Assembly (NCBI GenBank): GCA_965113315.1
Contig: OZ220363.1
Reading direction: 5' to 3' (one strand)
DNA from: Podarcis vaucheri
Lineage: Eukaryota
DNA: 64,000 bases
Shown: positions 12,559-25,100 of the stretch, in pieces
Position numbering within the stretch: the stretch's first letter is position 1
Layout of the letters: each line of letters starts with the position of its first letter
Made by a program: the position numbers and the translations under genes
Notes under the pieces: model-generated
The model's input: the letters and a program-made list of their open reading frames with translations, nothing else
The model's database searches: none
Told to the model about the DNA's origin: nothing

Positions 12559-13420
12559 TGACCGCTCCCCGCTTAAAATGGGGGGCGCCCTTTGCGTGGA
12601 CGCGCGCAGCCCCTAGATCTGGAGCGGCTCCATAAGCATAGGCTTGGCTTTGCCTTCCCTCAGGTGGGATACCTGGAGGTCTCCGCCTACCTCAGTCAGT
12701 TGTCCACTCCCACCTGGGGGAAGCGTTGCCAAGGAGACCAGGCCAGGTAGGGGAGGGATTACCTGCCCACACAATAGAGGGAGGATCTTACCTGGGAATC
12801 CTCACTTGGCTCCAGAGCTTCTCCCACCCTACGCACCCTCAGTTAATGTCTTATTTTGCAGGTTAACTTTCCTTCACGGGTTTTGCAGGTTAACTTTTCT
12901 TCACAGGTATGCGGGCGCTGCTACGTTAAGGTCGCTGTTAAAGGGCTGGAAAGGAATTTCCCTGCATTGGCAGGTTTCGCCTTTCCCATAGCAAAACGTC
13001 ACAACTTTGGCAGTATCAGGCCTTGGGCGGAATCCTTTAGTCCATCTTCCTCTTTGCTGCGGCGATACCAGGGTTCCCTGTTAAAGGGGTTTCTGAAGGG
13101 AGGCTTTGACCGTATGCCGAAAGGTCATCATTGCTCTCCCCTGCGGCAGCGGCGTAACGGGGGCGGCTATCTCTGCTTGAACATATGTTCTCCAGAGCCG
13201 GCCCATCCCCCACACACACACTGGATAACCCTGATGCTCCCTAGGTCCCCGGCTGGGGACCGGGGAGGGAGAACGCCCAATGCCTGAGCCAACGTCTACC
13301 CACATTTGAAATTTAATAAAGTTTTGGCCAATTTAATCCCATAGCATGTTGTCTTGAGTCGTTATTCCACATGACGGGGAGGACCGCTCGGGATCTGGGG
13401 ACTCTGCCTGTCCACGCAAA
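12559..13420 (-). mobile_element. Putative non-autonomous DIRS-like (tyrosine recombinase) element, no TSD
   Basis: CpG-rich 860-bp insert splitting a CR1 fragment (GGAGAA|GCTTTTTCTCCCTCTC) with no duplication. Imperfect inverted termini TTTGCGTGGAC (12591-12601) and GTCCACGCAAA (13410-13420), plus a ~32-bp one-sided extension. Confidence 0.5.
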
Positions 13421-13660
13421 GCTTTTTCTCCCTCTCTTCTAACACTAGAACTCATGCACAACCAATGAAGCTGAATGTTGGAAGATAGGAGAAAGTGCCT
13501 GTTTAGACAGGAGCCCACAGGATGCAGTGATGGCCATCAACCTGAATAGCTTCAAAAGAGGATTAGGTAAATTTATGGAGGACATGACTACCAATGGCTA
13601 CAAGCCATGATGGCTATGTTCCCGCTTCACTGTCAGAGGCAGTATGCCTTTGAATACCCA
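13421..13660 (+). mobile_element. CR1 LINE 3' fragment (continuation of 12506-12558)
   Basis: Similar to the CR1 fragment at 5970-6695. Confidence 0.65.
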
Positions 13661-15000
13661 TAACTTGGTTTTACTATGTTTTTATATGTACTGTAAGCCA
13701 CCCAGAGTGGCTGGGGAAATCCAGCCAGATGGGTGGGGTATAAATAATAAAATTATTATTATTATTATTATTATTAAGCACAGTTCTGTTGCATTTGTGC
13801 CCTGTTTGCAGGCTTCCTATATGCATCTGCTTGACCAATGTGACGACTAATTTGGGCTTATAGAACCCACAGCAATACAGGAAGGACGTCATTTCTCTCC
13901 AAAACCTGGTAGAGGAGTTGAGTGAGAACACGCATTGAATCCTATCTCAAATGTGTGCAGAAGTTTTCCTTCTGGTGTTTCAGTATCTAATGGAGTTATC
14001 CCCTTACAAATGAACACATTTATAGACAGTACACCAAAGTAGCAAGTGAAAACCAAGGTATTTATTTTTGATTTATTCATTCATTCATTCATTCATAGCA
14101 TTGTTATCCTGCTCTTCAATCAGAAAAGGCTCCCAGAGCAGCTTACAAATGTCAGTGATAAGACAGTCTTGCCCTCAAGTTTACAATCTAAAACACATAA
14201 CACAAAAGGGATTGGAAGTAGGGGACAAATCCAGGCACTGTTTCTTAATTACAGAGTTCTTGTAAACACCAGCTGGAATGGAAAGAGTTCAAGGAAAGGA
14301 GCAGCTCAATTTTGTTGGTCTTTCCATGGAATGGCTGGAAAGCCTTGCAATCCTATCTCTCTTTTCGTCTTGTAGCCTGATGCAGAGAACAGCCAGTTCT
14401 ACTGCACTGGGCGCCAAGCCTAGGAGGTGCCGCAGGGCATCACAACTATGACGTAGTGAACTGAGCAGAGTGGAGGCAGGGGGTGCCAAATTTTGGGCTC
14501 ACATAGGACACCACTGACATTTGAAAGACCAAAGTCCGTGCCTGCCTGGTGGAATTTGTTTAGACAAATAATCCTTTCGAACTGGTTCATATTGCTTTTC
14601 TATTCCGGTACCCAACCAGACTTAGCTGATGCTCCTGCTCTAATCAACTTAAATCTGCCACTGAGTGTGGCAATAACACTTTGCAGAATGCACCTGGGGA
14701 GGGGGGACACCAGAGTCAGTGGAATGAACTGGCAAACAGTATGGTGACATTTTGAATGGCTCACCAAATCAGATTTGGTTCCTTCCATCACTCCACTAAT
14801 TTTCTTCTTCATTATTTCATAGTACAGTGGTGAGAAACCATCAGGACCTTCTTCTTTCTCCCGTCCTGCACCTCAGTTAGGTTTGGAGAAAATCTGCTAT
14901 TGGAGGCAATAAGATGCTTTTTTCCCAAACCTAAACACAGCACAGGGAGACATTTTTATAGGGGCTGCTGAGGGAAGAATTAGCGCTTTTTCAATGGTGG

Positions 15001-15003
<3 letters not shown>

Positions 15004-15047
<44 letters not shown>
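15004..15047. repeat. (GA)n microsatellite
   Basis: Seen directly. Confidence 0.95.
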
Positions 15048-15049
<2 letters not shown>

Positions 15050-15133
15050 ACTTGTGCAGCATCTACAACCATTCCTGGACAGGGCTAGTCTTGCCAGGGT
15101 GGCACATGAATTGGTAACCTCATGATTAGACTA

Positions 15134-15375
15134 CAGTGGTACCTCGGGTTAAGAACTTAATTCATTCTGGAGGTCAGTTCTTAACCTGAAACTGTTCTTA
15201 ACTTGAGGTACCACTTTAGCTAATGGGGCCTGCCGCTGTCACCACGCCACTGCCGTGCGATTTCTGTTCTCATCCTGAAGCAAAGTTCTTAACCCCAGGT
15301 ACTATTTCTGAGTTAGTGGAATCTGTAACCTGAAGTGTCTGTAACCTGAAGTGTCTGTAACCCGAGGTACCACTG
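15134..15375. mobile_element. Tc1/mariner-type MITE
   Basis: TIR CAGTGGTACCTCGGGTTA / TAACCCGAGGTACCACTG with TA target duplication. Confidence 0.9.
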
Positions 15376-15463
15376 TACCCATGTGCCTGGTTCAGAAGCT
15401 GCAACTAGTTCAAAGTGCAGCTACCAACGTACTGAGTCACATAGTTGTACACACATTACACCA

Positions 15464-15912
15464 TGTCAGGAACATTCCTTCCCAGAGTGACAGAGAGGGC
15501 TCCGAGGACCAAGGAGGGGTGGCAGGCAGAAAGAGACAGAAACTTGCTTTATTCCCATGCGGAGAATGAGATGAGCCCCTCCCGTCCTGGAATGCATGTC
15601 GTAAATTCCCAAGACAGTGTAAGGCAGGGAGAGGGGCCACAGCTCTCAAACCCGTTCTCAGGGGAGGAGGGGCAAACTGGGCAAGCTGCTCCTGAGTCTC
15701 CTTGTATTAGGAGGAGGAGTAGAGTCCAGGCTTGGCGTCAGGCCAACAGAAGGAGGGCAGCCAATGGAGGATATCCTGTTGGCGAAGAGCCCACCCTTCA
15801 GTGGGCTCAACTGACCCATCTAGTGAGGAAGATTGAACTGTGTGCTTGGACTGAAACTACTGTGTAAATACAAATAAATCTTGGTATGAGAGGGAGATCA
15901 TAAATCCTGACA
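15464..15912 (+). mobile_element. Solo LTR (Gypsy/ERV-type)
   Basis: TGTCAGGA...TCCTGACA termini, 5-bp TSD CACCA (15459-15463, 15913-15917), AATAAA at ~15873. Confidence 0.8.
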
Positions 15913-15922
15913 CACCAGAGCT

Positions 15923-16131
15923 TAGGAAGAACTTCCTGACAGTAAGAGCTGTTCGACAGTGGAATTTGCTGCCAAGGAGTGTGGTGGAGTCTCCTCTTTT
16001 GGAGGTCTTTAAGCAGAGGCTTGACAACCATATGTCAGGAGTGCTCTGATAGTGTTTCCTGCTTGGCAGGGGGTTGGACTCGATGGCCCTTGTGGTCTCT
16101 TCCAACTCTATGATTCTATGATTCTATGATT
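15923..16131 (+). mobile_element. CR1 LINE, 5'-truncated 3' end
   Basis: CR1 tail TTCCAACTCTATGATTCTATGATTCTATGATT; TSD CAGAGCT (15916-15922, 16132-16138). Confidence 0.9.
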
Positions 16132-16334
16132 CAGAGCTGAAAAATCTGCACCAGCTGCGTTTTTACTACTACAAGCTCATCTACACACCCACTTGTCCCA
16201 TGCCTAGAAAGCATGGGTCCAGGCAGTTTTTTCGCTTGCCCTGTGCTTTCGGGGCATGGGTCCAAGTGGTTTCGCCCCACTGGATTTCTATGTACCTTAT
16301 TTAACTAAATTAATGACATAAATGATGCTAAAAT

Positions 16335-17291
16335 TCACATTTTTGCTTTCTCACTTGAAGTCACTTTCCTGCTCCATAGTTTTCTCATGGCATTCTTCAT
16401 CTCCGCATTTCGTAATGTATAGATCAATGGGTTGAGCATCGGGGTGATCACGGTGTAAAACACAGCCACCGACTTGTCTTCTGCAAAGTCACTGGAAGGG
16501 CGTATGTACATAAAGGTGCATGGCCCAAAAAATAAAATGACCACCAAGATGTGGGAAGCGCAGGTAGACAGAGCCTTCTGACGCCCTTCGGAAGAGCGAG
16601 ACCTCAAGGAGACCAAGATGACAATGTAGGAGATAACCAGGATGATGAAGCAGCCCAATGCAATCATCCCACTATTAGCCACCACAATGATGCCAATAAT
16701 GTAGGTATCTGTGCAAGCCAGTTTCAATAAAGGGTGGACATCACAGAAATAGTGGTCAATTTCATTGGGTCCACAAAAGGTGACCTGAGTGACGGAAAGG
16801 GTCTGCACCAATGAATGCATGAGCCCCCCAACCCATGAGGCTGCTATCATCTGCCCACAAACCCGCTTGGTCATAATGGTGGTATAGTGGAGAGGTTTGC
16901 AGATTGCAATGTACCGGTCGTACGCCATCACTGTGAGGATGAAGATTTCTGTGCAGCCAAAGAAATGGACCCCAAAGAGCTGCGCTATGCAGCCAATGAA
17001 GGAAATGGTTTTCTTTTCTGCAAGGAAGTCTATAATCATTTTGGGGGCCGTGACAGAGGAGTAGCAGATGTCTACAAAAGATAAGTAGCTGAGGAAAAAA
17101 TACATGGGAGAATTCAAGCGGGAGCTGAAGAAGATGGTGACTGTGATCAGAGAGTTTCCCAGCACAATGGCTAAATAGAAGAACAGAAAAACCACAAAAC
17201 AAATTTTCTCCAGCTCCTCATTTTGGGTGAAGCTGAAAAAGATGAACTCTGTCACATTGTTTATGTTCTCAGCTGGAGATTTGAGTTCCAT
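16335..17291 (-). CDS. Olfactory receptor, family 4, OR4S2-like (318 aa, intact)
   Basis: All OR motifs intact. Long stretches match human OR4S2 as recalled ([73 protein letters not shown]). Confidence 0.97.
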   Translation of the reverse strand: MELKSPAENINNVTEFIFFSFTQNEELEKICFVVFLFFYLAIVLGNSLITVTIFFSSRLNSPMYFFLSYLSFVDICYSSVTAPKMIIDFLAEKKTISFIGCIAQLFGVHFFGCTEIFILTVMAYDRYIAICKPLHYTTIMTKRVCGQMIAASWVGGLMHSLVQTLSVTQVTFCGPNEIDHYFCDVHPLLKLACTDTYIIGIIVVANSGMIALGCFIILVISYIVILVSLRSRSSEGRQKALSTCASHILVVILFFGPCTFMYIRPSSDFAEDKSVAVFYTVITPMLNPLIYTLRNAEMKNAMRKLWSRKVTSSEKAKM

Positions 17292-17668
17292 ATCTAGATC
17301 ACCTGCAGAAATAAATAAGGAAGATGCTCAGAAACTGGCATGTCATTTTCAGGATCCCCCTGGTTTTATGACAATCAGATGGTGGAGGTAGCAGAGTGAA
17401 GTCAACCATAGCAGTCTCTGGCTATATATATATATATATATCTCAATGCAAGTAAAAAGTGCTAGCATGCCAGGAAGGAAGCCTTGCCATGTAACTCCAT
17501 ATTAAAGGGATGGGGAATCTGTCACCCTCTGTTGGATTCCAACTCCCATCCAGCACGGACATCCCTCAATGGCAATTGTACACAAATTAGTTAACTAGGG
17601 TTGTTGTTTTTAAAGGAAAGAGGATTTAAATCAGCAGCTCCTTAACAGTAACTGAACTCAGGAAGGTA

Positions 17669-17999
17669 CCCTATATACTCAAATATAAGTTGACCCGAAT
17701 ATAAGCCGAGGCACCTAATTTTACTACAAAAAACTGGGAAAACTTACTGACTCAAGTATAAGCCGGTTCATCACACCACAAACCTGGTGGTGGTGGCAGC
17801 GGTGGAGGAAGAACAAGAAGCCTGAAAGGGCTGCTTTCGGGCTGCTCATTCCTCCGCCACCACCGCAGACAGCAGCAAAGGAGGAGGAGGAGGAGGAAGG
17901 AGCGGCCCAAAAGGATCCTCACTTGAGTATAAGCCAAGGGGGGCTTTTTCAGCATAAAAAATGTGCTGAAAAAGTATGCTTATACTTGAGTATATACAG
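17669..17999. mobile_element. Tc2/pogo-like (TcMar) MITE
   Basis: Imperfect TIRs CCCTATATACTCAAATATAAG / CTTATACTTGAGTATATACAG flanked by TA. Confidence 0.75.
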
Positions 18000-18142
18000 T
18001 ATTTCAGCTTATTTTTCACTTTCTGAATAAGCAGCTGATTTAAATCCCCTTTTCTTCTCTCTTTTTAAAGTTACCCATTAACTAATGCATCCGTAATAGT
18101 CAATTCTGCTCTTCGTTTATTTGCAAATCATACAGTTAGAGC

Positions 18143-18409
18143 CAGGGCTGTCTTAAGCATATGTGGCGCCGGAATGCAAAGATCCGCCTGGCGCCCCCCC
18201 CCTCCAGGTTGCCCAGTCCCAGGCATGCAGGAGGGCAGAGCCGGCTGACCGCCTCAGCATCTCGCTGGCTTGGTCACTCCCGAATTCACAGCACAGAGCT
18301 GCCCACAGCAGAAGAGCCCGCGGTGGCAGGCTCTTCCCGGACTTAACTCTCAGGCCCCCTGAGAGCCCGGTGCCCGGCACCCCTGGTGCCTATGGGTAAG
18401 ACAGCCCTG
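18143..18409. mobile_element. hAT (Tip100-like) MITE
   Basis: TIR CAGGGCTGTCTTA / TAAGACAGCCCTG; 8-bp TSD GTTAGAGC. Confidence 0.9.
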
Positions 18410-18662
18410 GTTAGAGCAGAAATCCTCAAATGTACCTGGTGCCTTAAGTTTACAGTATTATTTACTAAAGTGAAATAAAGAGGCAATGGGAAAGAAATAA
18501 AGGGCTTGTCCACACTGTAGCAAAATGTGAATTTGCACCTGCTTGTCTTGCCATTAAAACAGTGGTATCCTGGAACTTTTCCCCAACCCTTTAAATGGGG
18601 GAGGGGGTAGCAGTCTTAGATGTTTTGGACTTTCCAAGAACAGAAAGACACTGCGTTTAGAG

Positions 18663-18968
18663 CAGGGCCAGATTTAGGTTTGATGAGGCCCTAAGCTACT
18701 GAAGGTAATAGGGCTCTTTATATGTCCAGCTGTCCTTTGTCAACAACAAATTGTCACTGTTTTGTGTTGAATATATGCTACATGGTAATTTATGGACCTA
18801 ATAGGTATCTAAATCCATTTGCTATCTGTAGATTTTATTTTATTTTATTTTTATCTTATATTTTGGAAATGTACATCCAGGTATTTTTTCTTTAAGTTTT
18901 TTGGGGGCACCCAAGAGAGTGGGGCCCTAAGCTATAGCTTGTCTAGCTTATATGTAAATCTGGCAATG
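18663..18968. mobile_element. hAT MITE
   Basis: Imperfect TIR CAGGGCCAGATTTA / TAAATCTGGCAATG; 8-bp TSD GTTTAGAG. Confidence 0.85.
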
Positions 18969-21900
18969 GTTTAGAGAGGGAAAGTTCTGAGACAAACACT
19001 GGTGTCTTGTGGATGCCCCTACATTAATAGGAAGACAGGCAAGTGTAAATCCATGTTTTGCTCCAGGGTGGGCAAGCCTGAGGAGGAGGAGGAGGTGGGG
19101 GAAGAGTTGTCAGAAGAGAACTGGGATAGAACCAGAGCAAGGCATCCACCACCCAATGTCAGAACACATTACCTGGCCATTTTGGGCTTTCCACAGATTA
19201 AAAAACCTCTGCATTTAAAGGTAGGGAGGTCCAGGACAACAAATGAGAGGAAGAGGGCATCATGTGCACATACAAAAATTAATGAGGAAACAAACCAGAG
19301 AAATAGACATTTTTCTCTAGTGTGAACAAGCCCCTAGAACGTGCTGGTTTTAACCTGGGATTTTTTGCTGTGCTTTTGTGCAACTCGGTGGTGCAGCTAG
19401 AAAATTTTAGACACTGAACTTAATAGGCTTCATGGAAGGGAGGGGATCCTTTCGCTAGTGACATTTATTACTTCACTTTCAAAGCACACAATTAACATTT
19501 TTCTTTCCTCTACCTCCACTATTGTTATTCCATGCTTGGCAGCTGCTTCTACATTCCTGATATATTAGAGAGAAAATAAAATGTTTGCCCATCTGAGAAC
19601 AGCAACAAAAAGACTCTGCGCACGTCATTTCACATTTTGAAAACTCAGTTAAATCATAGCACCATCATGAGATTGTGCAATTAGGAATGAAGTGAAGTTT
19701 ACTTACTGCTGCAAAACAAATAGGACTACTCCAAACTGGAACAAAACGTGGTCCCCATCCCAGAGTTCTTCATGACCTTCCCCACTTTAAAGGCTGGCTT
19801 TTTCTGATTCATACTTTCCAAGGATTCTAAAGCCCCACATTTAAAGAGGGAAATGTCCAGGACACCACTGAGATGGGGAGGGCATCATATGGGCCCCCTA
19901 TATTAATGGGGAGCCAGGCCAGTGCAAGTCCACAATTTGCTCTGATGTGGACAAGCCAGTTTACTTGGGAATTAGCACTATTCTGGATAAAAATTGTAAT
20001 ATGCATGCCTAGCCAGCTACACCCCGATTGTAATTTTAAAAAATAAATATGGGTGGACCACAGCATGCTATTGCAGGGACTGATGCCACTTGCCACTGCT
20101 GCCATCATCTGCCACTATCTGGGTGGTCATTTGGGGACCCCTCTGGACTTCACCCCCAAGGTCAGGCATAGCTGCACTCCTGATGTTATTGTTGTATAGA
20201 CCTGTAAAGCTAATCTTATAGCATGTTCCCTTATATTATTAAGAGCTGTCTGAATAAATAATAAATCTGTTGTGCATTTGGGAATCTAAGAGATGTTGGA
20301 AAGAGAAACTGGGCTGAACAGCCAGATTACCAAACAAAGAGTGCACACACACACAGAGTCCCTTTTTCTCCCTTTGAATGTCTTAAAATAGCAGCCAAAG
20401 TTAAGCACTTTTAAGTATCATTGAGTATAATAGGCTTGTTTAGGAATTTGTCCACATATACATATACACATACACATACACATATATACAGAGAGCTTAA
20501 AAAGAGAGCACATCCCTTCTGCAACAGTATACCTTACTTGTATTTGCAGCTGTTGATAGCCTTGTGTGGTTCTTTCAAGGTTGCCTTTGGAGTTTCTCAC
20601 TATCTTGACATAGTGAGTTGAAAGCAAAAAACATCTAGACTAGGGGATATGAAGCCTGATTCAGAGCCATTCACTTTTATGGCACTGGATGGTAGATGGG
20701 CACAAGAAACAATAATCCTGAAATGCAGAATTCTCTTCTTCATTCAGAAGAGTAGTTCATAGTAAGGAGGACTCTTCTAAACTGAATTCCTTCATTAATA
20801 AATTAGCTATTCTGTACCAAAGGGAGGGTGACTGAGCATCTTCAATGATTACATTTTTATATGCAGTCATGGAAAAGCATAATGGTTTCTCAACTTCCCT
20901 CTTTTGGGGGGTGGGAGGGGTTGCGTGGAGATGTTCCTTTGCCTTCATGTGGCACTATATCAAATCTACCCACTTTGAATCTCTGGGGAGGTGGAGTGAT
21001 AGGGCAGAGTGATGCAACTATCCAATTTGCAGAGTATGACGTGAAACACGTCTGATGCTAACAAGATAGCCTGGATAATAAGATCCCAGGGGCCACGAGA
21101 AGCGCAAGAGGGACACCAGCCAAAGAAGGACTAAACTTTGTGCATCACTTTTCAAAAGTATTTGTAGCAGCAGGCTTTGCTTCTCTCTTTAACTCCTGGT
21201 GCCCAGCCTTGAATGTGCTTGTGGAAAGTTATTCTATCAGTGTACTTCCCAAAGCCAGACCACAAAAAAAAGTCATGTGGTGTAGATTCTATGTGCCTAA
21301 CAGTTGTAAGTCAACTCCATACCATCCAACATTTCTCTGATGAAAATAGGGATGTCAATAATAATATTAACAATGATCTTATTATTTATACCTTGTACGT
21401 CTGACTGGGTTGCCCCAGCCACTCTAAGTGGCTTCCAACATCTATTAAAAAAACAATAAACATTAAAAAGCTTCCCTATACAGGGCTGCCTTCAGATGCC
21501 TTCTAAAAGTTGTATAATTCCTTATGTCCTTGGCTCGGGGGTCACCTAACATACCCGCCAACATTTCTCTGATAAAAATAGGGACAACCTAAGGAAAAGC
21601 AAGACGTTCCAGGATCAAATCAGAAACCAGGACAGCTTCTGTAAGTCCAGGACTGTCCTTGGAAAAGTTAGTAGGAAGAGAAACTGGGGAGATAACGGAG
21701 GTCTAAGTAGCTATGAGAGCAGGATAGACAAGATGGCAGGAGGGCTGAGATTCATTTTTTGATTCTAAATGAACAAATATTTGGCTTTAATACCAGAAAA
21801 GGAGGTGAGGTTTCTCAGGTCCTGCAGCTATCTTCAATACCACCTTGTTTGTGGCATCAGCTTTTGCCAAAGGATCAAAGGTGTATAGTTTCCTCTATTG

Positions 21901-22139
21901 ATTCTAAGCAATCAGCCATTGCCATAAGCAAAGCCTAAATTCTTCAGTCAAGGACTAGGAATCTGAAGTTACAACAACCAGGTCCACCTGAAGCTATAAG
22001 TGCCCACTCCAGTTTCTTGCCCCAAAACAGAAAAATGGAAATGGAGAGGCGTTAGCCAACATTTGTCAGCTAACATAGACCCTCCAAGGGTCCCTATTTC
22101 CCAGAGACGTCCCTGATTTAGAGAAGCCATCCTGCTTTC

Positions 22140-25100
22140 TTTTTTTTATATATAAAATATTTATTGCAAATTTTAAACAAAAAACAAACCACCAAACATA
22201 TACAATACCACCACCATACAACAAAACAAAAAAAGCAGAAAAAATTTAGAGAATAGACATAGAACGGAAAAAAAGTACAACAAAATCAATTATCCATAAA
22301 TCATATTTTCATAATCTTTGGACTTCCTCACATCACCCTTTCCTGCATTCTCAGTCATATAATTATAAGCAGCAATTTATTACCTTATTTCAATTCTTAT
22401 TTTGTAGTTCTCGAATATTATGTCCCAAACTTTGAATATTTTTATCATATACTGAACTGCTTAACTTAAACATAATATTACTTCAGATTTCATCATTTTC
22501 TTAAACATCACTTATTCTCATATATCTTACAACTAAATTACTGATGCCGTGTTGTTTTCTATCATGCATTCTCTTAGCATTCATACAGCTTATAATGTTT
22601 TTGTAAATAGTCTTTAAATTTTTTCCAGTCCTCTTCCACCGTCTCTTCTCCCAGGTCTCAAATTCTGCCAGTCATTTCAGCCAGTTCCATGTAGTCTATC
22701 AGTTGCGTCTGCCATTCTTCCAGAGTGGGCAAATCCTGTGTCTTCCAGTACTTTGTGATGAGTATTCTTGCTGCTGTTGTTGCATACATAAAGAAAGTTT
22801 TATCCTTCTTTAACACCCCTTGGCCGACAATGCCCAAAAGGAAGGCCTCTGGTTTCTTAAGGAAGGTATACTTAAATACCTTTTTTAATTCATTATAGAT
22901 CATTTCCCAGAAAGCCTTAACCCTTGGGCATGTCCACCAGAGGTGAAAGAATGTTCCTTCAGTTCCTTTGCATTTCCAACATTTATTGTCGGGCAGATGA
23001 TATATTTTTGCAAGCTTGACTGGGGTCATGTACCACCTGTATATCATTTTCATAATGTTTTCTTTCAAGGCATTGCATGCCATGAACCTCACTCCGGTGG
23101 TCCATAACTTTTCCCAGTCAGCAAACATAATATTGTGCCCAATGTCCTGTGCCCATTTTATCATAGCTGATTTGACCGTTTCATCCTGAGTATTCCATTT
23201 CAACAGCAAGTTATACATTTTTGAAAGTACCTTGGTCTTAGATTCTAACAGTTCTGTTTCTAATTTCGATTTTTCCACCTGGAAACCTGTTTTTTTATCC
23301 AAATTAAAGACCTCCCTGATCTGAGCATAATGTAACCAATCTCGCACTTTATCCTTTAATTTCTCAAAACTCTGCAGTCTCCAAGTATCTCCTTCTTTTT
23401 CTAGTATCTCCCAATATTTTGGCCATATGGCCTCCATATTGAGTCTTTTCTGAGCCTTGGCTTCCATTGGTGACAACCACCTTGGGGTCTTGTTTTCTAA
23501 TAAGTCTTTGTATTTTATCCAGACATTAAACACTGCCTTTCTGACAATATGGTTCTTAAAAGCCTTATGATTTTTTACCTTGTCATACCACAAATATGCA
23601 TGCCATCCAAAAGCATTGTTAAACCCTTCCAGATCCAGGACATCAGTGTTCTCAAGAAGAAGCCAATCTTTCAGCCAGCAGAAAGCTGCAGATTCATAAT
23701 ATAGCCTCAAATCTGGCAGGGCAAACCCCCCTCTCTCCTTAGCATCAGTTAGTATTTTGAATTTTATTCGGGGCTTTTTGCCCTGCCAGACAAATTTAGA
23801 GATATCTCTCTGCCACTTTCTAAAACATTCCACTCTGTCCACAATCTGTAGGGTCTGAAACAAAAACAGCATTTTTGGCAATACATTCATCTTTATCGCA
23901 GCAATTCGGCCCGACAAGGAAAGTTTCAATCTTGACCAGCTTTCTAAATCCTTTTTGATTTCTGACCAGCACTTTTCATAATTATCCTTAAATAGATTCA
24001 AATTTTTAGCAGTCAAATTGACCCCTAGGTATTTCACCTTCTTAACCACATTTAAATCTGTCTCTTTCTGAAACCTTTCTGATTCCAAAGTTGTCAATTT
24101 TTTTCCAAAACCTTAATCTTTTGCTTGTTTAATTTGAATCCCGCCACCCGACCAAACTCATGAATCAGTTCTAAAACCCTTTTTGTACTAGATTCTGGCT
24201 CCTGTAATGTCAAAACCAAGTCATCTGCAAAAGCTTTAAGTTTGTACTGTTTGGCTCCGACCTGAATCCCTTCAACCAACCGGTCCCCTCTAATCATATT
24301 CAAGAGCACCTCCAGGACTGAAATAAATAACAAAGGGGAAATAGGGCAACCTTGTCGTGTTCCTTTCTCAATCTTAAACTCATCTGTCACCACATTGTTA
24401 ACTATCAATTTAGCTTTTTGTTCTGAATAGATTGCCTCTATACCATTCTCAAACCCCCGTCCCACTCCCATCCCTTCCAAATTTTTCTTCATGAACTTCC
24501 ATGAAATATTGTCAAAGGCCTTCTCCGCATCTATAAAAATCAACACTGCTTTTGTATTAATGTTTGTTTGCAAAAGTTCCAAAATATCAATAATGTTCCT
24601 AGTGTTGTCAAACAAATGTCTACCAGGGAGAAAACCTGCCTGATCTTTGTGAATTACTTCATTTAACACTTTTTTGAGTCTACTTGCCAAAATATCTGCA
24701 AAAATTTTGTAATCCACATTCAGGAGAGAGATGGGACAGTAGTTCTTAAGTTGTGTCTTTTCAGTTTCCGATTTGGGTATCAATGTGATGAAAGCTTCTT
24801 TCCACGATTCCGGTGCCTTCTTCCCCTCCATAATCTCATTGCAAACCTCCATTAATGGTTGTGTCAAATAGTCTTTCAGTATCTTATAGTACTTGGAGGT
24901 AAGCCCGTCTGGCCCTGGAGATTTGCCCAATTGCATATTCTGAATGGCACCTTCAATTTCTTGTTGTGTTATTTTGTAGTTCAAGGTTGTCCTATTTTCT
25001 TGAGACAGTTTTGGTAATCCATTTCTTCTAAAAAATTGATCTATCTCAGTCTCTTTTTGCGGCCCTTGCGTATATAGTTGTTTAAAGTATCTCTGGAAGC

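Noticed and set aside
13228-13280. CTGATG plus hairpin as a possible hammerhead
   Set aside because: Lacks the complete CUGANGA and GAAA core; recorded only as a hairpin.
16762-17202. 146-aa alternative-frame ORF inside the OR
   Set aside because: Overlaps the OR CDS in another frame; no independent support.
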